Assembly: GCA_030704615.1 (NCBI GenBank)
Contig: CM060734.1
Span: forward strand, 27,652,001 to 27,716,000
Length of the DNA stretch: 64,000 nt
Reading direction: 5' to 3'
From: Takakia lepidozioides
Taxonomy: Eukaryota > Plantae > Bryophyta
The position numbers and the translations under genes were made by a program. Under the pieces are notes generated by a model that worked only from the letters and a program-made list of their open reading frames with translations, did no database searches and had not been told where the DNA came from. Below are positions 13,277-25,924 of this stretch, in pieces. Position 1 is the first letter of the stretch. Each line of letters opens with the position of its first letter.

Positions 13277-14066
13277 GGATGAATTTCGGCGCCGAAATTC
13301 ATCCGTCGCATGGAAAATATAATATTGGAGTTACCATTTGCCGATAGTAGGGATGAATTTCGGCGCCGAAATTCATTGATCTCAAAGAAAAATAAATATT
13401 GGAGGGAGGACTTTGGATGAATTTCGGCGCCGAAATCCAGCGCTCGAACCCTTAAAAAAATTTGGAGGGATGACTTCGGATGAATTTCGGCGCCGAAATT
13501 CATTGCTCGCAAAGAAAATAAATTATTTGAAGGGAGGACTTTGGATGAATTTCGGCGCCGAAATTCATCGGTCACAAAGAAGAACAAAATGAAGGGAGGA
13601 CTTCGGATGAATTTCGGCGCCGAAATTCATCCGGCGGACAGCAGAAGACATTCCAAAAAGCACAAGAAGAATGAATTTCGGCGCCGAAATTCATCCAACA
13701 TCCTCCGTCGAATAATATTTTTCCCATGCGAACGATGAATTTCGGCGCCGAAATTCATCCCTACTGCAGATTTAGGGTTACTTTCATCCGGATTTCGGCA
13801 CCGAAATCCTTACACGTGATGAATGATGACTCTAATCATGAACACATTCATCCGTATTTCGGCGCCGAAATTCATCCTTTGTGTGCATAAATAATTTTAT
13901 GAAGAACATGTTCATCCGAATTTCGGCACCGAAATCCATCCGTCGGGTGCTTGTTCAGTTTCATGAGGTGAATTAATTTCGAATTCTGTCGCAGGAATTC
14001 ATCTTGTGGCTTCCAAATCTGTTATATGACAGAGATGTTCATCCGGATTTCGGTGCCGAAATTCAT
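13277..14066. repeat. Array of 28-bp palindromes GGATGAATTTCGGCGCCGAAATTCATCC upstream of transposase copy 2
   Basis: Cores at 13288, 13362, 13426, 13489, 13554, 13616, 13680, 13744, 13797, 13861, 13925, 14052, separated by divergent spacers. Confidence 0.95.
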
Positions 14067-14313
14067 GAGAAGGCCTGATTTATTGTTGCCCAACTGGTGG
14101 TATATCACAATTCAGGCACCTATTTTTCGATGTGAATTTGCTGTGGTCTTCCGTATTTGTAACGTACATTACACACCTTCATCCATACGTGCACTGATCA
14201 CCCATCCCGATGGATACAGAATCCTCCAGAAAATGATTGTGGTATTATGTAGGACACACTCTTCTCATTGTAGGACTTCGTTGCGGAGCCTACCGAGAGT
14301 TACGGTCTTCAAC

Positions 14314-17300
14314 ATGGACTCCCGTGTTTGGATAAACGTGTACTTCCATCTTGATTCTCTGAAAGCTAAAATACCCTGCGACCAAGGATTTGCGATTGTC
14401 ACTGAGCAGTACTTGTGTGTGAAGTTCGGGCTCCGCCCTGGAACGGTGTTTTTGGAAGAGGAGATGAAGGATGCTTATGGAAATTTTCTGGAAAGTGCCG
14501 TCATTCTGCATGCAGATTTCGGAAATGGCAAAGAGTGGCGGCTCCCAGCTTCTGAATCCATCCGGTACAGTGCAATTGGTGAAATCGTGCGTAAAGAGTT
14601 CCCACGCTGGAACTTGGTTGATCATCCTTCCACAAGAGGGTCTGGCGTGCAAGATGTGAAGTCTGCCATGAGGGATGTGGGCACCGCTTCACAAGCAGAG
14701 AAGCCCAAACATGTGAAAAGGGAAATCGAGGAAAACAGGGAAACAGTCGTCCACGACTTATCCAGTGACGATGAAGACTGTATGGTCCTTCCATCGTATG
14801 TTTCGAAGTCGTCCGTCACTAGGAGTGTTCAGATGTCGGTAGACAATGAGCACACACCCTCGGACTCAACTTCCGTCCGCTCAGTAATCGACATATTGTG
14901 GAGGATGAAGACAGCGGGTTCCCGCTCCAGTGACCTTCTTAGGCTTGATTACGACAAAACTCCAATCCATTCTGTGGAAACTTTGCCTGAAGTTGTGGAT
15001 GGGAATGCTATCTACGAGTTCCCTCCAGTGCTGGCAGGCGCAGGCCCAGACGACATGCTGGCAGGAATGAACAGGAAACATGACGGCCACCCTTGGTGTG
15101 TCACCAAAACTTCATCATCCAACCTGGGTGATGGAGTTCAAGCGAGATATGTATTGTGTGCTGGGCATCTTAAATGTTTCTCAAGCACATGTTACCACTA
15201 CACGAGCAAAGGCACCCGGAATGAAACAGACTAGATTGGCAATTCGTCGACCCCATTTTGGCCTCAAGGTAAAGTTCCTGCAGGGACGTTCAAGTGTGCC
15301 CATTGCAACGCCGCCCCTACGTGCATGGCAATGTGCAATGCCAAGCAGTACTACGTCGGGACCGTCGGCCCAGCGTGCACCAGAGCATGCATTCACATCG
15401 GAAAGCATGACCACCCCGTCGCCAGAGGCAATTGCAGAGTCGCTTTTCAACAAGCCCACGATATTATCAAGGACGAGGTGAGGTTGAGGCCGGGAGCAAA
15501 ACCAAAGCAGATATAGCTCGCATCCGCATATAGAATTGCAATAGGCAGAATAATATCGGAGGTCGGAAGCACAAGAGAGAAGCTGGGCGAGGGGGACATG
15601 AAGGAGCTGCTAGAAGCTGTCTCCCATGTGTGCAGCCCCAATGTCAGGAACCACATTGTCGGCTGCAAGAAACAAATCGGAAGAGGATCAAACATGCACT
15701 CCATCTTGGAAGTGAAGCGCACATGCGGCTACGACTTCATCCAGGGCAGCTTCTTTCCTGGTCAAGGCTCAGAGACAGATAGGTGCTTCATATTTAAGAT
15801 GTCAACGTGCGGACCGGGGAGCGGTGTCGATTTGGTGAAGCGGATGACCAGTGGAGACCTCTCAAATTGCTGGGTCATGTTCGACCACATCAGGCGAGTT
15901 ACCAACCACGATTAGGTCCTCGTCTGTTCATAAGATTATTCTGCTTTACCCATGATAACTTCTAGCTGAAATATGTGTCCGAGCACATCGGAGTTGCATA
16001 TGTGGTGCGGAATTAATGAGCAAATGGCGAGAGCGAAGTTGCCCCCTCCCGATTTTAGGGGCTTCATGGCTGACAATGCCCAGGCGAACTGGGCTGCAGT
16101 GAGAAGGGTATATGGGGACAACCCCAAGACTCCAATGGAAGGTAAGGAGAGATCTTGCGGGTTTCACTTCATGCACAGTTTGACGCCAAACACGAAAAGG
16201 TTCGTGGCGTCACGCCACCGGCAAGATCATATCAGTATGTGCCTTGCAAATTCCATCGACGAGGCGGAGACCGAGTTTGCAACCATACGTGCCTGGTGGG
16301 TGTCTTCAGGGGCAGTGGATGTGAAAGATCAGCCAAAACTGCAAACGTGGCTTGCGTGGTGGCACTATAGATTCCGGCAGTTTGGAGACTACATGAGACA
16401 GGTAACACATTTCTGTACTTGACAATTGTTCTGTTTTGTGCTTGGACATTCTCCACAATGAGTGACATTTCTAATTTCCTTCAACAGGACATGAGCTTGG
16501 AGGATGACACGGATATACCGACGACAAACATGGCCGAATCGGTGCACTATTCCTGGCGTGCTTCCTCTGCGGCACATCTCGTTGATATGTTGACAGCAAC
16601 AACAGAAGATATTGTGAGGGCCATCATGCAACAATCTCGTTACTACCAGTTTCTGGGAGGAAAGCAATGGGGTATCGGACCAGACAGGCACGAGATGCTG
16701 ATGAGGGTGGCGCATCGTTCGACCGATCCCAAAAAATGGACTATTGCATTGCGGGAAACAATAAAGTCAACACCGTTACACAGTCGGGAGAATTGCTTGG
16801 AGGGTGATGTCCGCAGCCGGCCGGTGAAGAGAAGAATTGAGGACATGCCCGGAGGCGACGGTGATTCATGGAGATCAGATGTGAACATCCGCACTCAACC
16901 TCGGGGCGCAACGATGTTGCGTCCCACGCCTCCTCCCAGCAGGACTCGTACCCTCTCTCCTGCAGCATCCATGGGATCGCTGCCAGACTCGGGACAACAT
17001 GCCGAGGATGAGCATGTTGCTCCTATTATCGTTACCCAATACAGCATTCCAATCGTGGAGCGAGATGTGTCGGCCTCGCAGTGGAGAATCGCACGGACCC
17101 GTCCGTCATTTCGTGGCAAATGTTGTGCTGTTCGTGTCGACACCAACCAGAGATGCAATGAGATGATTCGGAGGAGCCCACAGGGCGGTGTGCCTGCCCC
17201 TTGCTTCACAGGGAGATTTGTGTGCGCAAAGTTTGTGGAGGCCACACTGAAGGAGTTTTGGTTCTGTAGGCACGACATCATGTCGTGTGTGTTTGGCAAG

Positions 17301-17915
17301 CCCAAGTATGGTGTACAAGGCATGCCTGAACCACCAGCAGTCTGGCCTGTGGCAACTAGTACAGATCTTACCCTGGAGGAGGCAGATGCTCTAGGAAGTG
17401 CAGGGTTTTGACTGGTGGAGAGGACAGACGTTCCACAAAATCCAATTCTCAGTCGTCATCCTCCTCCCACGAGAAGCTCTTCACCCCGCATTCCGGTGGG
17501 TGACCCTGCAACTTGGCCCACCCATCGGTGGGGGAAACTGAAAAGATGGCGGCCACCAACAAAGGCGAACGACACCAGGATGACCAACGCTCTTGCAATG
17601 CCCTGCATAGTGCAAGGTTGCAGGGATGTTCCTCACCCCGGGATGGGGCGCATATTTCAGTTGTCAACAGCTGGGTCTGCTGCATGCAGTGTCGTGTATG
17701 CAATCACGGTTTCTCAGTACCCAGCTTGCAACTGTGAGGACTTCCTTGTTATGGAATCGAAGAATGCAGCATACGTCCCCTACAAACACCTTTATTACAT
17801 TTTTCTGAAGCGCATGAGTTGCATATCCGCAGTGGACGTCTTCATCCATGCTCCAACAATGAGCTTCAACGAGCTGCATAAGGCCCTACGGCAGAATACA
17901 GGTCGGATTGCTTGA
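14314..17915 (+). pseudogene. Mutator-like transposase copy 2 (near full length, multiple stops)
   Basis: RKHDGHPW...CAGHLKC...IHIGKHDHP (GCM/WRKY-like); WVMFDH; FMADNAQANW; SCGFH; TTNMAESVH; SWIM CNCEDF...PYKHL. Intron 16402-16487. Stops at ~15234, 15516, 15915, 17411. Confidence 0.88.
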
Positions 17916-18212
17916 CATTCCACATTTGGGAAGGAGAAAGTGGCATTATATTACATTCATCTTCTTGCACCCTATTTTTTTGTGAGGAATTATACACTTG
18001 GTGGTGCCGCACCGCCATGGCTTCAGGTGCATTTCGGTGCCGCAATACATGAGAATGTGGTTTTTGGCCGTGAATGGCATGGGCATGCTTTTTTTATTTT
18101 GGTTATGTCTATTAATGGATCCGAGGAAAACATACACACGGGCATTGTGGCCTATTTCAGCGCCGTTATTGGTCTGTATACTGCGTAGTGCTTCCTTGTT
18201 ACTGCTCTTCAT

Positions 18213-19290
18213 TCAATTTGTGGTGATTTCGCAGCCCATCCTGGCGTTTTCGTCCACCTTTATGAGAAGACTCCGATTTGCTACCAATACATTGTCAATG
18301 TTCTGCAAATGTGATGCCTTTACAAGATTGCAAGTTCTGTGTCCTAGTGGGAAGGGTCCTACTGCACATTCCAGCATTTGCATACTGCACCTTGTGCACA
18401 GAGCAATCCATACGACAAAGGCTACGTCCCAGCATACTGGCAGTGAATTGCAAAAAACCTTATCCAAACATGTATATTCCCCATATGGCACAGGGAAGCT
18501 ACTTGATTTCTGAAGCAAAATGTATGTGCCATGAGTGTCGGCGAGTTGAAACATGTCTACTCTAGCATGCAAGACCTATGGTCCCCTCGCCCAAGAAGAA
18601 GGAACTCGAACTGGCCTCTCAAGGACCTCCTAAATGACCGGGTGCCAATATTTGAACAAAATGTCAGCGGTTTCTGTCGCCCGGTTGAAACTAACGAGGA
18701 TGTCGTGTTTATCGATAGCGTCTCTTTTGTAGAAGGACATTTTCACAGTGGGCCCTGTGTTCCCCTCCTCCTCATCCTCATAACTGAAGAGAATGTCCCC
18801 ACTTTCCGAGCCAGTCCGTCCACGCATGAAGTTTTCACCTATGCACTCATCATACGTCCACTCGCAACAGTTCCAGCGATACAACAACGTTGTGTGTGAT
18901 CTGATCGACTCCCACTCACGCTGTCCAGGTCCATGATGCGTAAGAACCACCTGCTCCCCAGCCGGGGTCCAGGAGAATCGTGCAATTCTGGAAGAAACTC
19001 CATTGCTCTCAGCTGGACAAGTCAAGGATTGTCCCTGTAAACATCTAGGAAGACAATGATGTCGTCTGCTTTCGGGACAATTACTCCCGTTTGGCGTCGA
19101 TAGATGTGATTCGGGCACGCCTCACGACACAGCAAGAACACATAGCAGGGAGGAGATGGGCACAGAAGAGAAGAGTGAAGAGCAAACTGAGAGCGAGGCC
19201 GGCGGAAGAGGGATATATCATTGTTGCACTGCCAATGTCGTATGCGGCAGAACTTGAATTTCCTCCGGCATGTGTGCTTTTATTAGACAA
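18213..19290 (-). pseudogene. Possible additional degraded passenger ORF of unknown function
   Basis: In-frame minus-strand segments (18630-19118, 18213-18572) separated by stops, convergent with the transposase. No motif recognised. Confidence 0.3.
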
Positions 19291-19334
19291 ATCCGCACCA
19301 GTTTCGGGACAGTTTGCAAAACTCCCTCACCGTA

Positions 19335-19770
19335 AGCCGGGTATTTGCTCTCCGGAGCCCAATTTCGGCGTCGTTATTGGTTGCACTCCCGAGCCTTTAG
19401 CCGGGTATTTGGTTTCCGGACCCCAATTTTGGCGCCGTTATTGGCTGCACTCCGGTGGCTTCAGCCTAGTATTTGGTTTCCGGGGCCCAATTTTGGCGCC
19501 GTTATTGGCTGCACTCCGGAGGCTTCAGCCGGGTATTTGGTTGGCGGAGCCCAATTTCGGCACCATTATTGGCTTCACTCCCGAGCCTTCAGCCGGCTAT
19601 TTCTTTTCCTGTGCCCAATTACGGTGCCGTTATACCCAACCATCCTGCACTTTTGCAACAGTACTATCCACGGTTATAGGTCGCCATTGCGTTTTCAGAG
19701 TCTGCAAACCCGGATCCTAATTCCGCTTGCGTCCCTTCCTCAGGGGTAATTTCGGTGCCGTTATTGGCCA
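19335..19770. repeat. 64-bp subterminal tandem repeat containing AATTTCGGCGCCGTTATTGG
   Basis: Cores at 19367, 19431, 19495, 19559, 19623, then 19754. Confidence 0.9.
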
Positions 19771-19949
19771 AAATTGTGTTTTTATATGACGTGGCCTGGC
19801 GGTCCATGAGCTTGGGCTCCAAATCATGAGTGGATACTGGTACTTATGAGCGGAGTGCTTCTAGCATGAGCGCGGAAATCTTTGAAAACCTTCTCTTCTT
19901 CTACTACTTTCGATTATTTTATCGTTTTGGGCCCGAAAAAAATCTGCCG

Positions 19950-20023
19950 AAATTCGAAGTGTGTTACTTGGCGGCTCATGGGTGAGCCATGCCCGCTCAT
20001 GAGCTCATGGAATAGCAACCCCC
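19950..20023 (-). repeat. Right terminal inverted repeat
   Basis: gctcatgggtgagccatgcccgctcatgagctcatggaatagcaaccccc. Confidence 0.75.
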
Positions 20024-21138
20024 CCACCAAGTGCTGCAAATATCCGCCAACAATCACCAATATGCCTTCAACTCTCCAGCCTGCACCAACACCACAAGAC
20101 ATGTCATCCAGGGAAGTGACCTTACATGCTCCGGTTGCTCCCTACACTGCCTCTAACTATAGATGTCAACTGTTGTTGTTCGTACTTAATATTGGTCCCA
20201 TGAAATCTCACACTGCACATCTCTATGTCCCACGAACCTACACCCTCAATGCTGCCATCATCTTGTCAACTACTGGCTCCCTTTCCCTTCGCCTGAGAGA
20301 AAACTACAACACTATCATCTACCCTAATTTCTAGTGCATTGTAAGGATGTCTGTATTGCAGCCCGCATGTGGATCACAAACCCCGCCAACAATCAATTTA
20401 TGTTGCAAGCTGCTAGCCCCCTTCGACTTTGCCGATTGGAGTCCCTGCCTACCATCTTGCTCGTGTACTTCCCCGACTCGCTGCGCTCCCTCACATGCGC
20501 CAACCTACTGCGAAGCACCGCGGCTCAATTTTGCTGCACCGACCACCTATCAGATCATAGGCTTGTTAGATATTGAGCTGCTGTTACCACTAGCTTATGT
20601 TGTAATTCCTGAGCACCCCCTCTGCTCACATTTATTCTTTCAATATGCCACAGCAAAGTCTTGGCCTCTCATCATATCACAACGCTATACCCTTACTGGC
20701 TTCACTCACAAATCTCCATCTTTCATCCTCCACAACTTCAGACTCATCTTGTACTATATTTTTTCCCAAATAAGCACCCCCAACAAGCTTCTCCATCTCG
20801 TCACAAAATGCCCCCTCAGGTGTCATATATCTGCCATATCTACACCCTCACATTTTCAGCCCCCTACCTCATCAATTCTTGTGATATCAAATCAACCACA
20901 CGGTCTCTTCATCACCCCCTCTAGCATCCTAATCCTGACAGCCATTTCTCCTCAACCTTCCCACCCTCTCAGCTGCCAAGCATCTACCACAATCCAGATC
21001 CACTTACCATCACCCAACCCTGCCACCACTCCACACTGTACCTCTATCCCACTATCTATATCAAGGCCCGCCGAACTCATTCATCCATGGACGTCGTCCA
21101 CTTATCCTCTTTCCCCCACTCTAGTTAATTATATACTC
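20024..21138 (+). repeat. Slightly diverged direct copy of 4167-5281 (LINE 5' region)
   Basis: Starts ccaccaagtgctgcaaatatc and ends ctagttaattatatactc. Colinear, with scattered substitutions. Confidence 0.95.
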
Positions 21139-21281
21139 TGTATGTTCACGCATGAGCACTTTTTTGCATGAAAAGCGGGCGAATTGTACATTTTTGAAGT
21201 CCAAAATCAGGGAATATTCTTTGGAATGTGCTCTGCTCATGCTCATGCTCATGCTCACCGCTCATGCAACATCCGCACCCC
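21139..21281 (-). mobile_element. Orphan terminus of a related MULE, abutting a Gypsy integrase
   Basis: gctcatgctcatgctcatgctcaccgctcatgcaacatccgcacccc has the same CATGAGC motif and G-rich end as the other TIRs. It cuts the integrase directly after YYPQGN. Confidence 0.65.
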
Positions 21282-24170
21282 ATTACCCTGAGGGTAATAA
21301 GCGGTACTCTTATGGTGCACAATCGTGAATTCTTTGGTCAGACATTTTATGGTTTCATTCATAAAATGTGAACCTTGATCACTGACAAACTCCAGTGGGC
21401 AACTGAATCATGTGATTATATTCTCATATAAGAACTTGGCTATTGACTTGGCAGTGTTGTCTCTTAATGCCTTGGCCTCTACCCACTTGGTAGTGTAATT
21501 GGTGGCTGTGAGAATGTATTGGTTCTGTGTATATCTTTCTGGAGGTTTAATGGGTCCCACAAAGTCTAGCCCCCAACGCTGAAATGGCTCTGTTGGTAAT
21601 ATTGGGTGCATGGTTCATTTCCTAGTTCTTTCTACTGGTCCCATCCTCTGGTAGACATCATACTGTTGGCAGTGTTCATATGTGTCTTCGAAAACAATAG
21701 GCCACCGGTAACCTGCTAGTAATATCTTCTTTGCTGTCAGGTCTGCACTGAAGTGTCCTCCTGCAATTCCTTCGTGTAACTCCTGCATCACTGTTTTGGC
21801 TTGTTCTTTGTTCACACATCTTCTCATTATGGAATCAATTCCTCTTTTGTATAGAATTCCTCGGATTATCGTGTATGGTTTGCTTTTCATTGAAAGCTTT
21901 CTCCGGTCATCTTTGGTATATTCTTCAGGAAATTTCCCTGTTATCAAGTAGTATTTGATTGGCCATTGCCAATCATCTTGATCTTGATCCTGAAGTTCTT
22001 CTAATTCTTCCCATAAGTCCCAATGCTAATGTTGGTCACTTCTTGATCAATTGGCTCCTCGTTTTCTTTGTCGTCTTCTTCCTGTTCTGACTTTACTTCA
22101 ATAATTGGTCCTTCATCGAGGAGTTCATCCTCATCTGATGAGTCTTCTTCTTCATCAGTGTTATCCATTAGTTTCAGTGCATCTGGAAGGTCATAGTCTC
22201 CTTGGAATACTCCCAGAGCATCTAGAGGGTCTGTCTCTTTATCTGGTGCTTCTGGTTGAACAACAAACAGAAATGCATCGGGAAGTTGATCCTCTACTCC
22301 TGTGGCTGGTTCTCCGGTAGTAAGTCTTGATAGATGATCTGCTGTAACATGTAATCTTCCAGGTTTATAGACCACTTCAAAATCATACTCTTGAAGAAGT
22401 AACAACCATCGAGCAACCCTGCCACTAGCTAGTGGTCGATTTGCTAAATGAACTAGAGCATGATGATCAACAATAAACATAAAGCGATTGCCAAGTAAAT
22501 AATGCCAAAACTTTTGAACAGTATAAATCATTGCCAATGCTTCCCTTTCCGTGGTGCTATAGTTCTTCTCAGCCGCTGTCAACAATTTGCTTGCACAATA
22601 GATTGGTGAATCTATTGTGTCTGTCACATTCTGGGCCAGAACTGCCCCAAAGCAATGCCTAATGCATAAGTGTGTACATGAAATGGTAAATCTCATCTTG
22701 GATTTATTAGAATTGGTGCTGCTGTGAGTGCCTTTTTTAGTGAATCAAATGATTCATGGCAAACTCGAGACCATCAGTATTCGGCATCCTTCTTCAGCAG
22801 TCTATAGACTGGTGCCGCTCTGTGAGCATATTTGGCCATGTACCTTCTGTAATAGCTTGTCTGCCCCAGAAATCTCTTGAGTTTCTTGGGATTTTCTGGT
22901 GGTGGTATTTTCAGGATAAGATCCACCTTCTTCGGATCTACCAAAATTCCCTGTTGGCACACAATGTGTCTCAACAGTAATCCTGAATTCACACAAAATG
23001 TACATTTTTCCGGATTGAGACTTACTCCATTGTCTTTGTAGGCTTGTAGGCAAAGTTTTAACTGTGCCACGTATTTGGCATTTCTGTCCGAAGATACTGA
23101 AATCATCCAAGAATACCTGTATAAAATCATTGAGATACCTCTTGAATATCTCAGATATTGCTCGCTGAAACGTGGCTAATACGTTGCAAAGTCCAAATGG
23201 CATGACTTTGTAAGCGTAGGCTCCCCATTCAGTGATGAATGCGGTCTTTTCTCGGTCTTCTTTTGCCATCTGTACCTGATTGTACCCACTGAACCCATCC
23301 ATGAATGAGTACATCTCATGTCCTGCTACTGTGTCCAACACTATTTCTGTGAACAGTAGTGGAAAGGGGTCTTTCTTGGTTCCTGCGTTTAATTTGCGAT
23401 AGTCCACACGTACTCGTAATTTACCATTCTTCTTGGGTACTATCACAATGGGTGAGAACCATTGTGGTGTCTTTACTGGGTATATGAATCCTGCATCCAG
23501 TAATTTCTTGATTTCTTCCCAAACTTTAGCTGCATAGTTGGGGTTCATTCTATAACGGTTCTGACAAACTGGTTTCGTGTCAACTTCCAATTCAATTTGG
23601 TGCTGACACATGTTGGAAGGTATTCCCTTCAAATCTTTATAGTTCCAAGCGAATACATCCTTCTATTCCGTGAATAATGCAGTGGCTTCTTGTAGAAATG
23701 ATTCTTCGAGACCTGTACTTACTCGTATTATCTGTAGTTCTTCCACTGTTCCCAGATTCACTTGAATCAATTGGGTTTCTTCCGTTATTGTCCATCCTGC
23801 AATCTCTTGTCCGATGGTTGCAATCGTGGCAGGTACTTCACTGATGTTAATGTCCTCTTCTCTTTCTTGATAAAAACGGGTAGGGTGTTGAGGTGTGTCC
23901 ATAGCTTCTTCATCAGGATCTTCCGTTATTGGAGTACTCGGTTCTCCTTGGGTGTTCACCATGTGACATCCTACTGTTGTGGTATGTTTGACCACTAATT
24001 GACCAATAGGTTCCAACTGTGGATGTGCTGCATATACCGTGGCTTCTTCTTCATCCGATAGTCCACTGGACCAGTCATACTCTTCCACTATGCAAGGTTG
24101 TTTCTCTCGTGGAATCGTACCTCGTTGCTTTGTGGTGATAGTGACTTGTTCTGATCCATTTTTGATCGTG
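21282..24170 (-). mobile_element. Degenerate Ty3/Gypsy pol (RT, RNase H, integrase); same family as 59059-64000
   Basis: [71 protein letters not shown]. Frameshifted. Confidence 0.92.
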
Positions 24171-24179
24171 AAAGTGTGA

Positions 24180-24490
24180 CATGAACTATATCATGTAGAA
24201 GAAGTACGTGCTGATGCAGCAGATAACATGACCAGAATTCAGATGAAGAGGAAGGATCAGTTTGATGAAGGTAAATTGAAGACTTTTAAGACAGGTGATT
24301 TGGTACTGTGGTTGCAGAAGAAGAGAAAGATTAAAGCTTCTAAGCTTAAATCACCATGGAAAGGACCTTATGTCATACAAAAGATGTATGATAACAACAC
24401 AACTATATTGTTACAAACCATTAACAAAGAGATGCTTGGTAGAGTCAATGCCAATAAGTTGAAGGGATACAATGGAATCCATGATAGATC
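24180..24490 (+). pseudogene. Gypsy integrase C-terminal (GPY/F) fragment from another copy
   Basis: FKTGDLVLWLQ...KLKSPWKGPYVIQK...RVNANKLKGY. Confidence 0.75.
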
Positions 24491-24594
24491 ATTGCAGCAT
24501 GATTTGCATCTTGAAACACAGATGCAGTCACAGACTACACAGGTAGCACCAGCGGAGCATGAAGCACTTGTCATAAAGCCGAATGTATATGGCC

Positions 24595-24740
24595 ATAGCA
24601 GAGAACACAGGTGTTCACACAGCCATCACAGTCCACCACAGTCTAACACAACATATCACAGCCCACCACAGCCTATTACAGCATATCACAGCTTAGCACA
24701 ACTTGTCGCAGCCTGTCACAGCCCACACAGGTCGCACAGT
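24595..24740 (+). repeat. Degenerate 10-bp-period CACAG minisatellite
   Basis: cacagccat/cacagtccac/cacagtctaa-type units recurring at a 10-bp register. Confidence 0.7.
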
Positions 24741-25924
24741 CTATAGGGGCAGTGACAGATGGACACGAGTTAACGTCAGTTAAGTGACCGGTAAGTGAAA
24801 AGACAGTTTGGAAGTCAAACTCGGAGAATGTGCCACGCGGATAGAGGGAGACAGGAGAGTGTTTGAATTCAAACACGTGGCCTAAGGGGCAAAACACTCC
24901 GCATTGCATTTACTGCAATAACGGGCGCCATCACAAAAGAAGACAAACAGGTCCGTCAAAGTACCTACCCGGTACATCAGCCGAAACTTATTATGAGCCC
25001 ATTAATGCATCAAGAGGACATGTAACGGAACACTTTACGCGTCCGGCAAAGGGGAACCTTTGCCACATATGCAGTCCTAGTGGTCATTCCAAGATGGAAT
25101 GTGAACAGATTAAGGTAAAAATAAGAAGTTACCTAATGAGGCAACAGCCAATCAGCAACGTGAATTTTGTGCAAGAGACTCCATTCAAGAAACAAGAACA
25201 AGAAACTAAGAAGATTATGAGCGGAAGAATAGGCGTTATTCCGGATAACTAGTGTCTCGACAGGAGGGGCAATCAAAGCTATAGCTTTGTAGCTATGGCG
25301 GATATCACGGACTATACACTAGCTCTTATTTTTACGCAGTGGCATAAGGAAGGACAGGTCAAAGTATTTTTTCTCTCACTCACTATTTGCAAGCCCCGCA
25401 GGCTTACATCCAATTGCATGTTCCATTCTGTGCTAAATCACACTTTCATGCTATACGCATTACAAGCTTTCCTGTAGTTATTCCAAACAATGCCTTCTTG
25501 TTTGTCTGGGATGAAGCGAATTAGAGAAATGGAGGATCTACGGGTGAAGAGCACGACAATCTTACAGAGGCAAACAATCGCCACACCGCAGGCATTACAG
25601 TAGTTGTCAACATCAGGAGGGACTGTGGCAACAACATCACAGCAACCACACCAGGTCGACGGTTATCAGCGTCACGTCCGTCCGTCAGCGTTAGGTCACG
25701 TCAGACCTGACGCCGACGGGACCTCCGTCACGTCAGGTTCGGGGAATATTCTGGTAAAAATAGTACCAGGTAAAATACTGCCATTTAAGCAGCCACGTCG
25801 CCGACACGGTGGCGGTGGCAAATATATTTTGAAAATTAACAAAATAAACACGACCACCAATTCGCTTTGTTTTTTGAAATTAAAACAGAAATAGCGACCG
25901 CCATATTGGCGGTCGCTTCTAAAA

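Larger units (their letters stand above)
6562..20023. mobile_element. Composite Mutator-like (MULE) DNA transposon region bounded by imperfect TIRs; probably two partial related elements joined back to back
   Basis: Left end GAGGTTTGCTATTTCGTGAGC; reverse complement of right end GGGGGTTGCTATTCCATGAGC. Both are followed inward by CATGAGC repeats. Two oppositely oriented transposase genes lie inside. No TSD found. Confidence 0.75.

Noticed and set aside
13277-14066. CRISPR array
   Set aside because: Repeats are perfect palindromes with no loop, several spacers are mutually related (ggagggaggactt), and there are no cas genes.
6553-20032. 9-bp target-site duplication for the composite MULE
   Set aside because: Flanks cttccagcc and ccaccaagt do not match.
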